NCBI RefSeq assembly: GCF_036365525.1
Contig: NC_090413.1
Location: 24,722,601-24,786,600 of the forward strand
Direction of reading: 5' to 3'
Source of the DNA: Heterodontus francisci
Lineage: Eukaryota
DNA: 64,000 nucleotides
Shown: positions 23,942 to 37,068 of the stretch, one piece after another
Layout of the letters: each line of letters opens with the position of its first letter
Numbering within the stretch: position 1 is the stretch's first letter
Translations under genes and position numbers: made by a program
The notes under the pieces: model-generated
Told to the model about the DNA's origin: nothing
Seen by the model: the letters and a program-made list of their open reading frames with translations, nothing else
Databases searched by the model: none

Positions 23942-25697
23942 TCATAGTCATACAGCACAGAAACAGGCCCTTCGGCCCATCGTGTCTGTGCCTGCCATCA
24001 TGCACCTAACTTATTCTAGTCCCATTTTCTGTTTCAAGTGCTCCTCTAAATACTTCTTAAATGTTGTGAGGGTTCCTGCCTCTACCACCTCTTCAGGCAG
24101 TGTGTTCCAGATTCCAACCACCCTCTGGGTGTAAAACATTTTCCTCAAATCCCCTCTGAGCCTCCTGAACCTTACCTTAAATCTATGCCCTCTGGTTATT
24201 GACCCCTCTGCTAAGGGAAAAAGTTTCTTCCTATCTAACCTATCAATGCCCCTCATAATTTTGTATACCTCAATCATGTCCCCCCTCAGCCTTCTCTGTT
24301 CTAAGGAAAACAACCCTAGCCTTTTCAGTCTCTCTTCATAGTTGAAATGCTCCAGCCCAGGCAACATCCTGGTGAATCTCCTCTGCACCCTCTCCAGTGC
24401 AATCACATCCTTTCTATAGTGTGGTGCCCAGAACCGTACACAGTACTCCAGCTGTGGCCTAACTAGCGTTTTATACAGCTCCATCATAACCTCCCTGTTC
24501 TTATATTCTATGCCTTGGCTAATAAAGGCAAGTATCCCATATGCCTTCCTAACCACCTTATCTTCCTGTGCTGCTGCCTTCAGTGATCTATGGACAAGTA
24601 CACCAAGGTTCCTCTGACCCTCTGTACTTCCTTGGGTCTGACCATCCATTGTTTATTCCCTTGCCTTGTTAGTCCTCCCAAAATGCATCACCTCACACTT
24701 CTCAGGATTAAATTCCATTTGTCATTGCTCCGCCCATCTTACCTGTCCATCTATATTGTTCTGTAATCCAAGGCTTTCCTCCTCATTATTTACGACACCA
24801 CCAATTTTCGTGTTATCTGCGAACTTACTTATCATACCTCCTATATTCATGCCTAAATCATTCATATACACTACAACAGCAAGGGTCCCAGCACCGATCC
24901 CTGCGGTGCACCACTGGTCACAGGCTTCCACTCACAAAAACAACCCTCGACCATTACCCTCTGCTTCCTGCCACCAAACCAATTTTGGATCCAAATTGCC
25001 CTGGATCCCATGGGCTCTTACCTTCTTAACCAATCTTCTATGCGGGACCTTATTAAAAGCCTTACTGAAGTTCATGTAGACTACATCAACTGCTTTACCC
25101 TCCTCTACACATCTAGTCACCTCCTTGAAAAATTCAATCAAGTTAGTTAGATTTGATCTTCCCCTGACAAAGCCATGCTGACTATCCCTGATTATTCCCT
25201 GCCTTTCCAAGTGAAGATTAATCCTGTCCCTCAGAATTTTTTCCAATAGTTTCCCAACAACTGATGTTAGTCTCAACGACCTGTAATTACCTGATCTATC
25301 CCTGCTACCCTTCTTGAATAATGGTACCACATTCGCTGTCCTCCAGTCCTGTGGCACCTCTCCCTTGGCCAGAGACGATCTGAAAATTAGTGTCAGAGCC
25401 CCTGCTATCACCTCCCTTGCCTCACACAACAGCCTGGGATGCATTTCATCTGGCCCTGGGGATTTATCCACTTTTAAGCCCGCTAAAGCATCTCATACTG
25501 CCTCCCTTTCAATGTTAATATGTTCAAGTATATCGCAATCCCCCTCCCCGATCTCTACACCTACATCGTCCTTCTCCACAGTGAAAACAGATGAAATGTA
25601 ATCATTTCAAACCTCACCCGTGTCCTCCGGCTCCACACACAGATTGCCACTTTGGTCCCTAATGGGCCTCTTTCCCTGGTTATCCTCTTGCCCTTAC
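23942..25697 (-). mobile_element. CR1 LINE, 5'-truncated (RT domain and 3' end), frameshifted
   Basis: ORFs 24932-25471 (KSPGPDEMHPRLL, SQHGFVRGRS), 24722-24931 (KFADNTK) and 24011-24649 (LVRPQLEYC, WNTLP). Confidence 0.93.
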
Positions 25698-27825
25698 TCA
25701 ACATCGAAGACATAAATTTGGTAAGAAGTCAGATGAGTATGAGGAGAAATAGCACCGATTTAAAAAAAAAAAAAAAAAAAATCTGGCTTGTGGCAACTGC
25801 TATCGAGGGGAAAAGACTGGTTAATACGGTACATGTCAGGGGCTTTATGTGTCATGAGATTGACGAGCTGCCCATATCTGTTGCAGTCTTTGGAAATGAT
25901 TGCGGTATCACTCCCAATCAGATTGTCTGTAAGGGGCTGGCCATAATTACCATGCGTGAGGCAGTTAAAGTTGGCGCATGGGCTCTGGGGTCACTCAACT
26001 GTGGCGATTAGGTGAATGTCTTGGTCGCTATTCTTTGAGGACGAGTGGTGTTTGTGAGGTAAACTTGGATAGTTTTGAACAACGCCTAAAAACATTCCCG
26101 CCCGCCCCCTATTCCAAGTTCACTGGACGGGGTTGGGATGCAACTGTGACTGCCACCAGCACACACACATATAATGAGGAATAAAAACATAAAATGTTGG
26201 AAAACACTCAGCAGGTCAGGCAACATCTGTGGAGAGAGAAACCGAGTTAACATCTCGGGGCGATGACCCTTCATCACCGTAAATAATGAGGCCAGTGTTT
26301 CCGTCACTGGCTCTGCTGACCTCCTTCACTCCATAAATTTCAGCTCATCTTGGAAAAAAAAATGATGCTGTTTGAAGGTTGTCATAGAAACAGGAGTAGG
26401 CCATTCAGTCCCTCGAGCCTGTTCCGCCATTCAATTCCATCATGGCTGATCTGTATCTTAACTTCATCTACCTGCATTGGTTCCATATCCCTTATCTAAC
26501 AGTTTTTAAATTCCCAATTGATCTCCAGCCTCGACAGCATTTTGGGGAGGGAGTTTCAGATTTCCACTACCTTTTGTGTGAAGAAGTGCTTCCTGACAGC
26601 ATCCCTGAACAGCCCAGCTCTGATTCTAAGGTTCTGCCCCGTTGGTCTGGATTCCCCCACCAGAGGAAATAGTCTGATTGTTATCCCTTAATCTTCTATA
26701 CCAAATGTAGGGATTACAAACCATGTTTATGAAAGCTGTCTTTATAACTTAACCCTTTCATCCTTGGCTTCAATCTGGCAAAACAGCACTGCAAGTGCAC
26801 CCCCTCCAAAGCCAACATATACAATATCTTACCAATATCAATGTTGAAGTTTTCTATTGACCCCACCAGCCTCAACATTTTTTTTTGGGGTGGGGGTGGG
26901 GTAGTGAGGAAGAGTTCCAGATTTCTGCTGCCCTGTGTGAGAAGAAGTGCGTCCTGACATCACCCCTGCCGGCACGGATTGGATGGGCCGAATGGCCGTT
27001 GTGCCATGATGATGTTATGACCCCTTTGGTCAGGTCTAAGCCATCCTGCAATGCAGCTTGGCTGAGGAGTCAAGGATTGTAGCAACCTGCTTCCGGTATT
27101 GGGCTTCAGTTTTAAAACAGTTGGATTTGAGAATTGAATTCAAAGAACAAATAAACTTTCTAACTCAGCTGACTCTGGAAAGTGACAACATCTTATGGCC
27201 TTTAAGAGGTGCAGAGAGGGCTGTATAATTTAGTTCCTGTGCGGGTCAGCTAGTGTCATTCAGGTGCAGGAATGAGTTGTCCATATCTGATAATGAAACT
27301 AGCCCACTGTTTCGCCAGACTGAAGCTGGTGCTCTAGGGTATCACTCATGGTGTTTGTGGGAGTGCCAGGCCAGAGGTGCCAGAAAGCAGTGGTGTGCTG
27401 GAAGGCTTTTCTGCTGTTGAGATATGGCGGGCAGAGGTGGTGGGGTGGTGGGGGGGTGCGGTGCAGTGGAAGAGGTGGGTGGAAGGGTTCAGTGGTTGGA
27501 AGAAGCACAGGGCAGAGGTCACACTGAGCATGGGGATAAGTTTCATGACCTTTTTATTGAGTATTATGTGTTGTGGAATGCTGTTCAGATGCTCCAGTTG
27601 CATTGTTGAGACACTTTCTCAATCCCAGTTTTAATATTTACTGGTGGCCTAGTGGGCCTTCCACACGGCTTGAGCGCAGGCTGCCCTGGACCTTCATGCC
27701 TGATTTCATGAAGAGCAGCTGCCCAATTTGTTGAAGCTTGCCAGCTGCCTTTCCATCAGATTAACACCTCAATATGTTCCACGCAGCTGCACTTAAACTG
27801 CAGGATGAGTAAATTTAGTATACTG

Positions 27826-28578
27826 TATTCACTGCTCACAATGTGGTCGACTCTTCATTGGGGAGACCAAATGCAGATTGGCTGACCGCTTTGCGGAACA
27901 CCTCCGCTCAGTCCGAAAGCATGACCCCGAGTTTCCGGTTGCTTGCCATTTCAACACCCCCCCCCCCCCCCCCCCCCCTGCTCTCATGCCCACATCTCTG
28001 TCCTGGGCTTGCTGCAGTGTTCCAGTGAACATCAACGTAAGCTCGAGGCTCGAGGAACAGCATCTCATTTACCGATTAGGCACACTACAGCCTGCCGGAC
28101 TGAACATTGAGTTCAGTAATTTCAGAGCATGATGGGCCCCCCTTTTTCTTTTTAGCTATTTTTCTTTGTTTATTTCGTTTCATTCATTTTTTTAACATGT
28201 GCCTACCCACTGCTTTTTTTTGTTATATTTGTGTTTTGGGCCAGGGCTGTTCATTTTTCTATCAATTAACACCCTCTCTGCACTAACGCTTTGTCTTTCA
28301 CCACACCATTAACATACCGTTTGCCTTTGCTCTGTGACCTTCTACTCAGTTATTCTCTGTGACCTTGTCCTATCAACACCTTCTCTTTGGTTATCTCTTG
28401 CCCCACTCCCTTTTTATTTGCTTAAAACCTATTCCATTTCTATCCTCTGCCAGTTCTGATGAAGGGTCACTGACCTGAAACGTTAACTCTGCTTCTCTCC
28501 GCACAGATGCTGCCAGACCTGCTGAGTATTTCTAGCATTTCTTGTTTTTATTTCAGATTTCCAGCATCTGCAGCTTTT
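27826..28578 (+). mobile_element. Penelope-like element 3' fragment (GIY-YIG endonuclease end plus terminal repeat)
   Basis: CSQCGRLFIGETKCRLADRFAEHLRSV...HFN...EEQHLIYRLGTLQPAGLNIEF; terminal repeat with a hammerhead motif. Confidence 0.85.
28452..28488 (+). ncRNA. Minimal hammerhead ribozyme motif (PLE type)
   Basis: AGTT-CTGATGA-A-GGGTC/act/GACCT-GAA-ACGT-T-AACT: stem I, core, stem II and palindromic ACGT stem III. Confidence 0.65.
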
Positions 28579-28594
28579 AGTTTAAGGTTAAGGA

Positions 28595-31500
28595 ATGGCA
28601 CGGCAGCTCCGCCGAGTGGAATATGTCTCCTGTGATATGTGGGAAGTCGTGGACGTTTCAAGTGGCTTTGATGGACATATCTGTGGGAAGTGTCAGCAGC
28701 TGCAGGCACTTGAGCTCCGGGTTTCGGATCTTGAGCGGCAGCTGGAGTCACTGTGGTGCATCTGTGAGGCTGAGAACTATGTGGATAGCACGTTTAGGGA
28801 AGTGGTCACACCACAGGTTAGGAGTGTGCAGGCAGAGAGGGAATGAGTGACCACCCGAAAGTCAAGAAGGACCAGGCAGGTACTGCAGGAGTCCTCTGAG
28901 TCTATCTTGCTCACGAACTGGTTTTCCATTTTGGATGCTGATGAGGGCGATGGTTCCTCAGAGGTGTGTAGCAAGAGCCAAGTGCGGGGCACCACAGGTG
29001 GCTCAGCTGCACGAGTGAGAAGGAAGACGGGTGGAAGAGAAATAGTGGTAGGGATTCAATAGTTAGGGGAACAGACCGGCATTTCTGTGGCCGTAGATGT
29101 GACTCCAGGATGCTATGTTGTTTCCCTGGTGCCAGGGTCAAGGATGTCACAACGAGGCTACAGGACATTCTTCAGCTCAGAGGTCGTGGTTTACATTGGT
29201 ACCAATGACATAGGTAGAAAGAGGGATGAGGTCCTGAAAGAAGATTTTAGGTAGCTAAGTAAGACAGGGCCTTAGGTAGTAATCTCTGGATTACTCCCAG
29301 TGCCACGCGCAAGTGAGCATAGAAATAAGAGGTTAGAGCTTATGATTGTGTGGCTGGAGAGATGGTGCAGGAGAGAGGGCTTAGATTCTTGGGGCATTGG
29401 GACCGGTTCTAGGGAGATGGGACCTGTACAAACCAGATGGTTTGCACCTCAGTAGGACTGGGACCAATATCCTTGTATGGTGGTTTGCTAGTGCTGTTGG
29501 GTGGGGTTTAAGCTAGTTTAGCAGAGGATAGGAACCTGAGATTAGACTATGGTTAGCACAGTGGCGCAGTGGTTAGCACCGCAGCCTCACAGCTCCAGCG
29601 ACCCGGGTTCAATTCTGGGTACTGCCTGTGTGGAGTTTGCAAGTTCTCCCTGTGTCTGCGTGGGTTTCCTCCGGGTGCTCCGGTTTCCTCCCACATGCCA
29701 AAAGACTTGCAGGTTGATAGGTTAATTGGCCATGATAAATTGTCCCTAGTATAGGTAGGGAAATATAGGGACAGGTGGGGATGTGGTAGGAATATGGAAT
29801 TAGTGTAGGATTAGTATAAATGGGTGGTTGATGGTCGGCACAGACTCGGTGGGCTGAAGGGCCTGTTTCAGTGCTGTATCTCTAAACTAAACTAAACTCA
29901 TGGGGCAAAATCAGAAATGGATCTGGGAGGAAGAAAATTAGTGAGTGAGTCTGGAAGGCAGAGGAAACAAAGGGTAGAAAATAAAAAAAATAAGTGTTTG
30001 GCAGTGTTCAAGGGTATATACTTCAATGCAAGGAGTATAGCAGACAAGCTGAGGGCACAGATAGAAATGTGGCAGTATGATATAGCTATTACAGAATCAT
30101 GGCTTAAAGAGGGACAGGAATGGGAGTTCAAAGTTCCTGGTTAAAGGGTTTTCAGATGAGATAGAGTGGGGGATAAAAAGAGAGGTAGGGATGGCAATTT
30201 TGGTTAGAGACACAATTACAGCTGTGAGGAGGGATGATATGTTAGAAGGATCATCAATTGAGGCCATATGGATCAAGCTTAGGAACAAAAAAGGGGCAGT
30301 CACACTACTGGGAGTGTGCTATAGACCCCTGAACAGTCAGAGGGAGATAGAAGAGCAAAAATGTAGGCAAATTTTTGATAAGTGCAAGAACATTAGGGCA
30401 GTAATTGTGGGGAATTTTAACTACCCCAATATTAACTGGGATCGTTTTAGTGTGAAAGGAATTGAGGGAGCAGAATTCTTGAGGTGCATTCAGGAGAACT
30501 TTTTTGGTCAGTATGTAGCAAGTCCAACAGGAGAGGGTTTGGTTCTGGACTTGGTTTTAGGTAACAAAAGCTGGGCAGGTGGAAGGAATGGCAGTGGGAG
30601 AGCATTTTGGCCGTAGTGATCATAATTCAGTTTTAACATAACTATGGAAAATGACAGAACAGGAGTTAAAGTTCTAAATTGGGGTAAGGCCAGTTTTATT
30701 AAGCTGAGTAGTGATTTAGCAAAACTAGACTGGAAACAGCTACTTGAAGGTAAATCAGTGTCCGAGCAGTGGGAGCCATTCAAAAGGGAGATTCAGGGGG
30801 TTCAGAGTAAACATTTTCCCACAAAGAAAAAGGGTGAGATGGCCAAATCTAGAGCCCCCTTGATGTCAAGGAGCATGCAAGGTAAGATATGGCAGAAAAG
30901 GAAAGGTTGTGTCAGACACCTAGAACTTAATACTACGGAAAGCCGTGAGGAGTATAGAAAGTGAAAGGGTGACATCAAAAAGGAAATTAAGAAAGCAAAG
31001 AGAAGGCATGAAAGAATATTGGCAAGTAAAATCAAGGAAAACCCAAAGATGTTTTATCAATACATTGAGTAGGAGGATAACTAAGGAGAGAGTAGGGCCC
31101 TGTGTCTGGGGGCAGATGATGTGGGTATGCTTCTTAATGAATACTTTGCATCTGTCTTCACAAAAGAGGGGGACGATGCAGACATTGTAGTTAAGTCAGA
31201 GGAGTGTGAAGTATTGCTGTGATAAACATAGGGAGAGAGGAAGTATTAAGGGGATTAGCATCCTTGAACCTGGATAAATCACCAGGGCAGGATGAAATGT
31301 ACCCCAGGCTGCGAAAAGAAGTTAAGGAGGAAATAGTGGAAGGTCTCACCATCATTTTCTAATCCTCACTGGATACAGGTGTGGTGCCAGAGGATTGGAG
31401 GTCTACTAATGTTATACCTTTGTTTAAGAAGGGAGCGAGGGATAATTACAGTGAGCAAATTATTGGAATCAATCCTGAGACAGGATAAACTGTCACTTAG

Positions 31501-32786
31501 AAAGCACGGATTAATCGGGGATAGTCAGCATGGATTTGTTAAGGGAAGGTTGTGTCTGACTAACTTGATTGAATTATTTTAGAAAGGAGCAAGTAGGATT
31601 GACGAGGGTAATACAGTTGATGTGGTCTACATGGATTTTAGCAAGGCTTTTAACAAGGTCCCACATGGCGGACTGATTAAAAAAAATAAAAGCTGAATAC
31701 AAAATTGGCTCAGTGGCAGGAAACAAATGGTAATTGTTGACGGGTGTTTTTGCGACTGGAAGGCTGTTTCCAGTGGGGTTCTGCATTGTTCAGTACTAGG
31801 TTCCCTGCTTTTTGTGGTATATATTAATGATTTGGATGTAAATGTAGGGGGAATGATCAAGAAGTTTGCAGATGACACCAAAATTGACCTCGTGGTTGAT
31901 AGCAAGGAGGATAGCTGTAGGCGCAGGAAGAGATAGATGGATTTGTCAGGTGGGCAGAAAAGTGGCAAATGGAATTAAACCCAGAGAAGTGTGAGGTGAT
32001 GGATTTGGGGAGGTCAAACAAAACAAAGGAATTCACCATAAGTAGGAGGATACTGAGAGGTGTAGAGGAAGCGAGGGACCTTGGATTGTATGTCCACAGA
32101 TTCCTGAAGGTAGCAGGACAGGTCGATAAGTTGGTTAAGAAGGCATATGGAATCCTTTCCTTTATTAGCCGAGGCATAGAGTATAGAAGTAGGGAGGTTA
32201 TGCTGGAGCTATATAAAACATTAGTTAGGCCACAACTTGAGTACTGTGTGCCGTTCTGGTTACCACATGACAGAAAGGAGTTAATTGCACTAGAGGGTAT
32301 AGAGGAGATTTACGAGGATGTTGCCACGACTGGAAAATTGCAGCTATGAGGAAAGATTGGATAGGCTGGGGTTGTTCTCCTTGGAACAGAGGAGGCTGAG
32401 GGGAGATTTGATTGAAATGTACAAAATTGTGAGGGGCTTGGATAGCATGGATGGGAAAGGCCTATTTACCTTAACAGCGTGGTCAGTGACTCAGGGGCAT
32501 AGATTTAAAGTGATTGGTAGAAGGGCCAGAGGGGACATGAGGAAAAGTTTTTCATCCAGAGGGTGTTGGGGGTCTGGAACCCACTGCCTGAAAGAGTCGT
32601 CGAGGCAGAAACCCTCATCTCATTTAAAAGGTGCCTGGATGTGCATCTGAAGTGCCATAATTTGCAGGGCTACAGACAAAATGCTGAAAACTGGGATTAG
32701 ACTGGGGAGCTCTTTTTTTTTCTTTGGTCAGCGCAGACACGATGGGCCAAGTGGCCTCTTTCTGTGCCGTAAACTTTCTATGATTC
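28595..32786 (+). mobile_element. Near full-length decayed CR1 LINE (ORF1 zinc finger and SGNH esterase; ORF2 APE endonuclease and RT)
   Basis: ORF1 SCDMWE..CGKCQQL, CCFPGARVKDV, YIGTNDIG; ORF2 YFNARSI, ITESWL, GNFNYPNINW, SQHGFVKG, KFADDTK, LVRPQLEYC; many frameshifts. Confidence 0.93.
29556..29897 (+). mobile_element. HE1-like V-SINE (tRNA-derived head) inserted into the CR1 between ORF1 and ORF2
   Basis: A box tggcgcagtggttagc, B box gggttcaattct, V-domain gtgggtttcctccgggtgctccggtttcctccc, CR1-like tail and (ctaaa)n end. Confidence 0.88.
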
Positions 32787-33085
32787 CAACACTTAGCCAG
32801 CAACAGCACAAATTCCAGAATTTATTTGAAGAGCACATGATATACATTGAACATTAGTTACAAACAATTGCAATTGGAATGTTTTTCTATTTTTCCAAAA
32901 AAGTTTTGTTTCCATCAGTTGCTGAAGGCATCAGGAACTAGGAGGGGTTATTCAGTCATTCCGGGGAGCAGAAGTAGTATGTGCATTGAAAAATGATTTT
33001 CTGTTTTGGAGAAGGAGTTTTTTTTTTAACTTCTCCAAATCAACTCTTGACTTATGGTACAGTGAAACTTTTTATCTATCTATTA

Positions 33086-33401
33086 GGGCGGTGCAATGGT
33101 TAGCACCGCAGCCTCACAGCTCCAGGGACCCGGGTTCGATTCTGGGTACTGCCTGTGCGGAGTTTGCAAGTTCTCCCTGTGTCCGCGTGGGTTTTCACCG
33201 GGTGCTCCGGTTTCCTCCCACAGCCAAAGACTTGCAGGTGATAGGTAAATTGGCCATTGTAAATTGCCCCTAGTGTAGGTAGGTGGTAGGGAATATGGGA
33301 TTACTGTAGGGTTAGTATAAATGGGTAGTTGTTGGTCGGCACAGACATGGTGGCCCGAAGGGCCTGTTTCAGTGCTGTATCTCTAAATAAAATAAATAAA
33401 A
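33086..33401 (+). mobile_element. HE1-like V-SINE
   Basis: Highly similar to 29556-29897; (taaa)n tail. Confidence 0.88.
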
Positions 33402-34004
33402 TTATACTGGTGTGTACACAGTTGGCAGATAATTAAGAATCTTCAAATTACATCTGATGAAAGGCCACAGACCTGAAACATTAACTTTGCTTCTCTCTCC
33501 ACAGATGCTGCCAGACCTGCTGAGTATTTCCAGCACTTTTTGATTTTGTTTCAAATAACATCTCCCGATTGCTGCTCTGAACTTTGAAACCTCTATCTTA
33601 CTGCTGCTGGGCTTAGTTCTCTCGAGAATTATTCACTTCAGGTGGTGCATTACATGTACTTAGAGTTCTTTGCTTCTCTGTGTATCCTCTCATGAACTGT
33701 GGGCACTGAACCTGCTCCTGCATTGGGGGTCAAGCATAGCTGCAGTGTGTTTAAACAAGGGTGCTACATGTTGCTTTTTACAATTGCCAGCTTTATTCTC
33801 ATCAATGCTCCAGAAGCTACCAACAGGATTGACAGAGGGGATTTACATATTGGCTTTAGTACTCATCACTGTAGCTGGGGCAGGCTTAAGAACTTAGCAT
33901 TGGTGGAATGCTTTCTCTAGACTATTGGATTTGTGGGTCAAAGCTGGTACTTGAAAGAATTACGATTTGATGCATTCACTTGTTAGTGCAGATAATTGAA
34001 ATGG

Positions 34005-34231
34005 TAGTTTTAGTTTTTTTTTAGTTTTAGAGATACAGCACTGAAACAGGCCCTTCGGCCCACCGAGTCTGTGCCGACCATCAACCACCCATTTATACTA
34101 ATCCTACACTAATTCCATATTCCTACCACATCCCCAGCTGTCCCTATATTTCCCTACCACCTACCTATACTAGGGGCAATTTATAATGGCCAATTTACCT
34201 ATCAACCTGCAAGTCTTTGGCATGTGGGAGG
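34005..34231 (-). mobile_element. HE1-like V-SINE, 5'-truncated
   Basis: Reverse complement of the 3' half of 29556-29897. Confidence 0.85.
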
Positions 34232-34789
34232 TAATCAGTGTTCCAGTGCAATGGAAATGCTTTCCTTTTTGGGCTAACCTCTTCTGATTAAAGTATATTT
34301 TTATGATTGACTAACTCAATCAGCAGAATACGGAAACGCTTCAGTAAGGCCAAATACAGTAACAAATCACAAAGAAAGAATGAAGACTGGTGATGGAGTC
34401 GATGGCTATTTAGTAATTGGCATTTTGTGGTTTATATTAATACATGTAATCATATTAGATTGTTTTAGGAAGTTTGTAGTTTCAATTGTGGGTGTTAATT
34501 TAGGTCCTTCAGCTTTTTAAAAAAAAAAGTCACCTAATGTCATTATCCATGACCGGGGATCCAGGGGCAGAACATTTTCCATTTACAACACATTTTTACA
34601 CTTTGAACATAACAAATAGGCAAGACGCAAGAATTGTGTATTTTAACACATCTACTTTGTAGAATGCATGAGAAAAAAACAAATTTATCGGCTTAGGCAT
34701 TTCAAAATCACTGGTTGTATATTGGAATGCAAAGGACAACATCATTATATGTAACAGTTTGGTCACTCAACAGCAAGTTCTTCATATAA

Positions 34790-35017
34790 TCAGTTAGGTG
34801 AAACAGCACGGTTACGGAAGCAGTTGCATGTTAGAATTCTGAGGCAGTTCAAACTGATCTTCAAGAGAGTTCCATGTTTAAAAAGTAGGTTGTAAAACAT
34901 TCGAATTGATAAATTTCCTGTATTGTCAGCGTACTTCAGTGCTGTTAATGGGGTATAGAGCATGTTGGTTTGGTAACGAAATACTGGCTGTTCCATTTTT
35001 ATCACTTTGATGGTTGC
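34790..35017 (-). CDS. RDH8: RDH8 coding exon 6 (terminal)
   Basis: ATIKVIKMEQPVFRYQTNMLYTPLTALKYADNTG...LNCLRILTCNCFRNRAVSPN*; ttttccaag acceptor. Confidence 0.93.
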   Translation of the reverse strand, partial: ATIKVIKMEQPVFRYQTNMLYTPLTALKYADNTGNLSIRMFYNLLFKHGTLLKISLNCLRILTCNCFRNRAVSPN

Positions 35018-36884
35018 CTTGGAAAAAAAAAAGTAAAATTAAAATTCGTGAAATGTAAACTAATGGTCATTTATATCACCTACATCAACAATCACTTGTT
35101 CCCTTCTTTCTGAGAATCTTCGTATTGGAGTAAGTATTAAATTAATTATCATTCTTGGCATCTGCCACTGATTGCTGAAAGCACCAAGCAGTAAGTCTTG
35201 TTTTATAGTTGACAATATAACATCTTGCATTAATATAGCTCCTTTTAATATAATAAAATGTCCAAGACGCATCACGGGAGTGTTATAGTACAAAACTGAC
35301 AGAGTCACATAAAGCAATATTAAGGCAGATAGCCCAAAGCTTGAACAAAAGAGGTAGGTTTCAAGGAGCATCTGAAAGGAGGAGCGAGAGAGAGGTGGAG
35401 AGGTATAGGGAGGGTACTCCAGAGCTTAGGGTCCAGGACAACTGAAGGCACAGCCGCCAATGGTGGAGCGATTAAAATTGGAGATGCTCAGGAGGCCAGA
35501 ATTAGAGGAGCACAGAGATCTCGGAGGGGCGTGGGTCTGGAGAAGATTACAGATAGGGAGGAGGTGAGACAAATAACGCGATGTCCCTTTTTTCAAAAAA
35601 TCTTTTCACAAGTGTTTGTTTATTTCTAAAGTTTTAAATTTGAATGGTGATGAAAAATGGACTGTAGTACACAACTCCCATTATATACCCCTCCCAATAT
35701 TCCTTTACAAAATTAATTGAAAGCGAGATCGGGCAGGATTTATAATGGATGGTTGGTTGATTTGCTACTATCTGTTTGTTCAGAACCCCTGCCGAAGTTG
35801 CATTTTATGCACGGTGTTTTTTTGGATCTGCCTTGCCAATTAGTGTCAGCCTTGCATTTAGTTTAAAATGATTTTTAAAATTCAAATATAAAAGGTTTTA
35901 AATAAGTGTTCATTCAGTTTTTTTCAACTTAATGTCATTTTCCTGTATTAATCAGTGGTGTCTACAATCCCTGCATTTTAAAATTCCAGCTGAAAGCATT
36001 ATAATAAATGACTTGGTGTCTCATTGCTCATAGTCGTTGAAATATAGTTTATTTTCCCATTTCTGATATGGGAACAGATATGCTGCCATCCTGAGAGAGG
36101 GCAGCATCTGCCACTCCTGTTAAGCCACAGGCATGCAGGACCTTGCTCCTAAGGATCTAAGGAAGAGCAAACGGTCGATCATAGACATATTAATCTGTTC
36201 CACCAGTTTTTCAAAGGCAGTCGAGACTCAACGGCCCAAAGCCGTCTAATCTTGGATGCCAAGAGTTGGTGACACAGATGTCTGTGCAGAGATCCTAGCT
36301 GTGGTGTTCAGAGGTGACCACACCAGCGATGATGGACTCTAGACTGCTGGTGCCATTTGGCCAGAATGCCTCAGCTGTTGGAACGGAACTCCTCCATAGT
36401 CTCAGACATTTATATCGAATGTACAGCACAGAAACAGGTCATTCAACTCAACTAGTCCAGTTAATTTGCCACTTAACCCATGTGCATGTCAATGCACTAT
36501 GCAGAGAGAGAGAGTAGTGCACCACCACTGGCAGGAGGGTGACAGGTTAATGTAGATAGTTTCTATTATGGATAGGGACAGAGGAATTTATAATGGGGAA
36601 AAAATAGCATACAAGTGTGATTAAAAATGGAGCAATAGAAAGCAAGATTTTGTAGATACCAATATTAGCATGTGAATGCTTAAAACCTTTGGCATTCCAC
36701 TGTCTTTGATTTGAGGGAGGTATTAAACAATTTAATATAAACTGATTAACATCAATGTTAAAATGGTCATAAGAATATGGTACTAACACATGAAGGAATC
36801 ATTTGCTCATTTTGCCTTTAGTGATTTCTGTACTTGTACGTTTTGAGCTTATGGTTTTTTAGGCATTTTGGCAAAACGGATTAC

Positions 36885-37068
36885 CTCAGCAATTGTATCT
36901 GGAGTCTGCCCCATTGTTGCAAAGATGTCATGAGAAGCAGGAAGATAGACATCTTTAAAATACCGGATCGTCTCCGAGTCTGTTCCTGGAAATTCTGAGC
37001 GTGACACCTCTTCCATGAGCTTCATTTCAAACTCCGTGTTTACTGGACCAGGTTCTATCATTGAGACA
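36885..37068 (-). CDS. RDH8: RDH8 coding exon 5
   Basis: VSMIEPGPVNTEFEMKLMEEVSRSEFPGTDSETIRYFKDVYLPASHDIFATMGQTPDTIAE; 184 nt; ctttag acceptor, gtaat donor. Confidence 0.94.

Noticed and set aside
29556-29640. tRNA gene
   Set aside because: The A/B boxes belong to the tRNA-derived head of a multi-copy SINE; there is no complete cloverleaf and the sequence continues into the V-domain.
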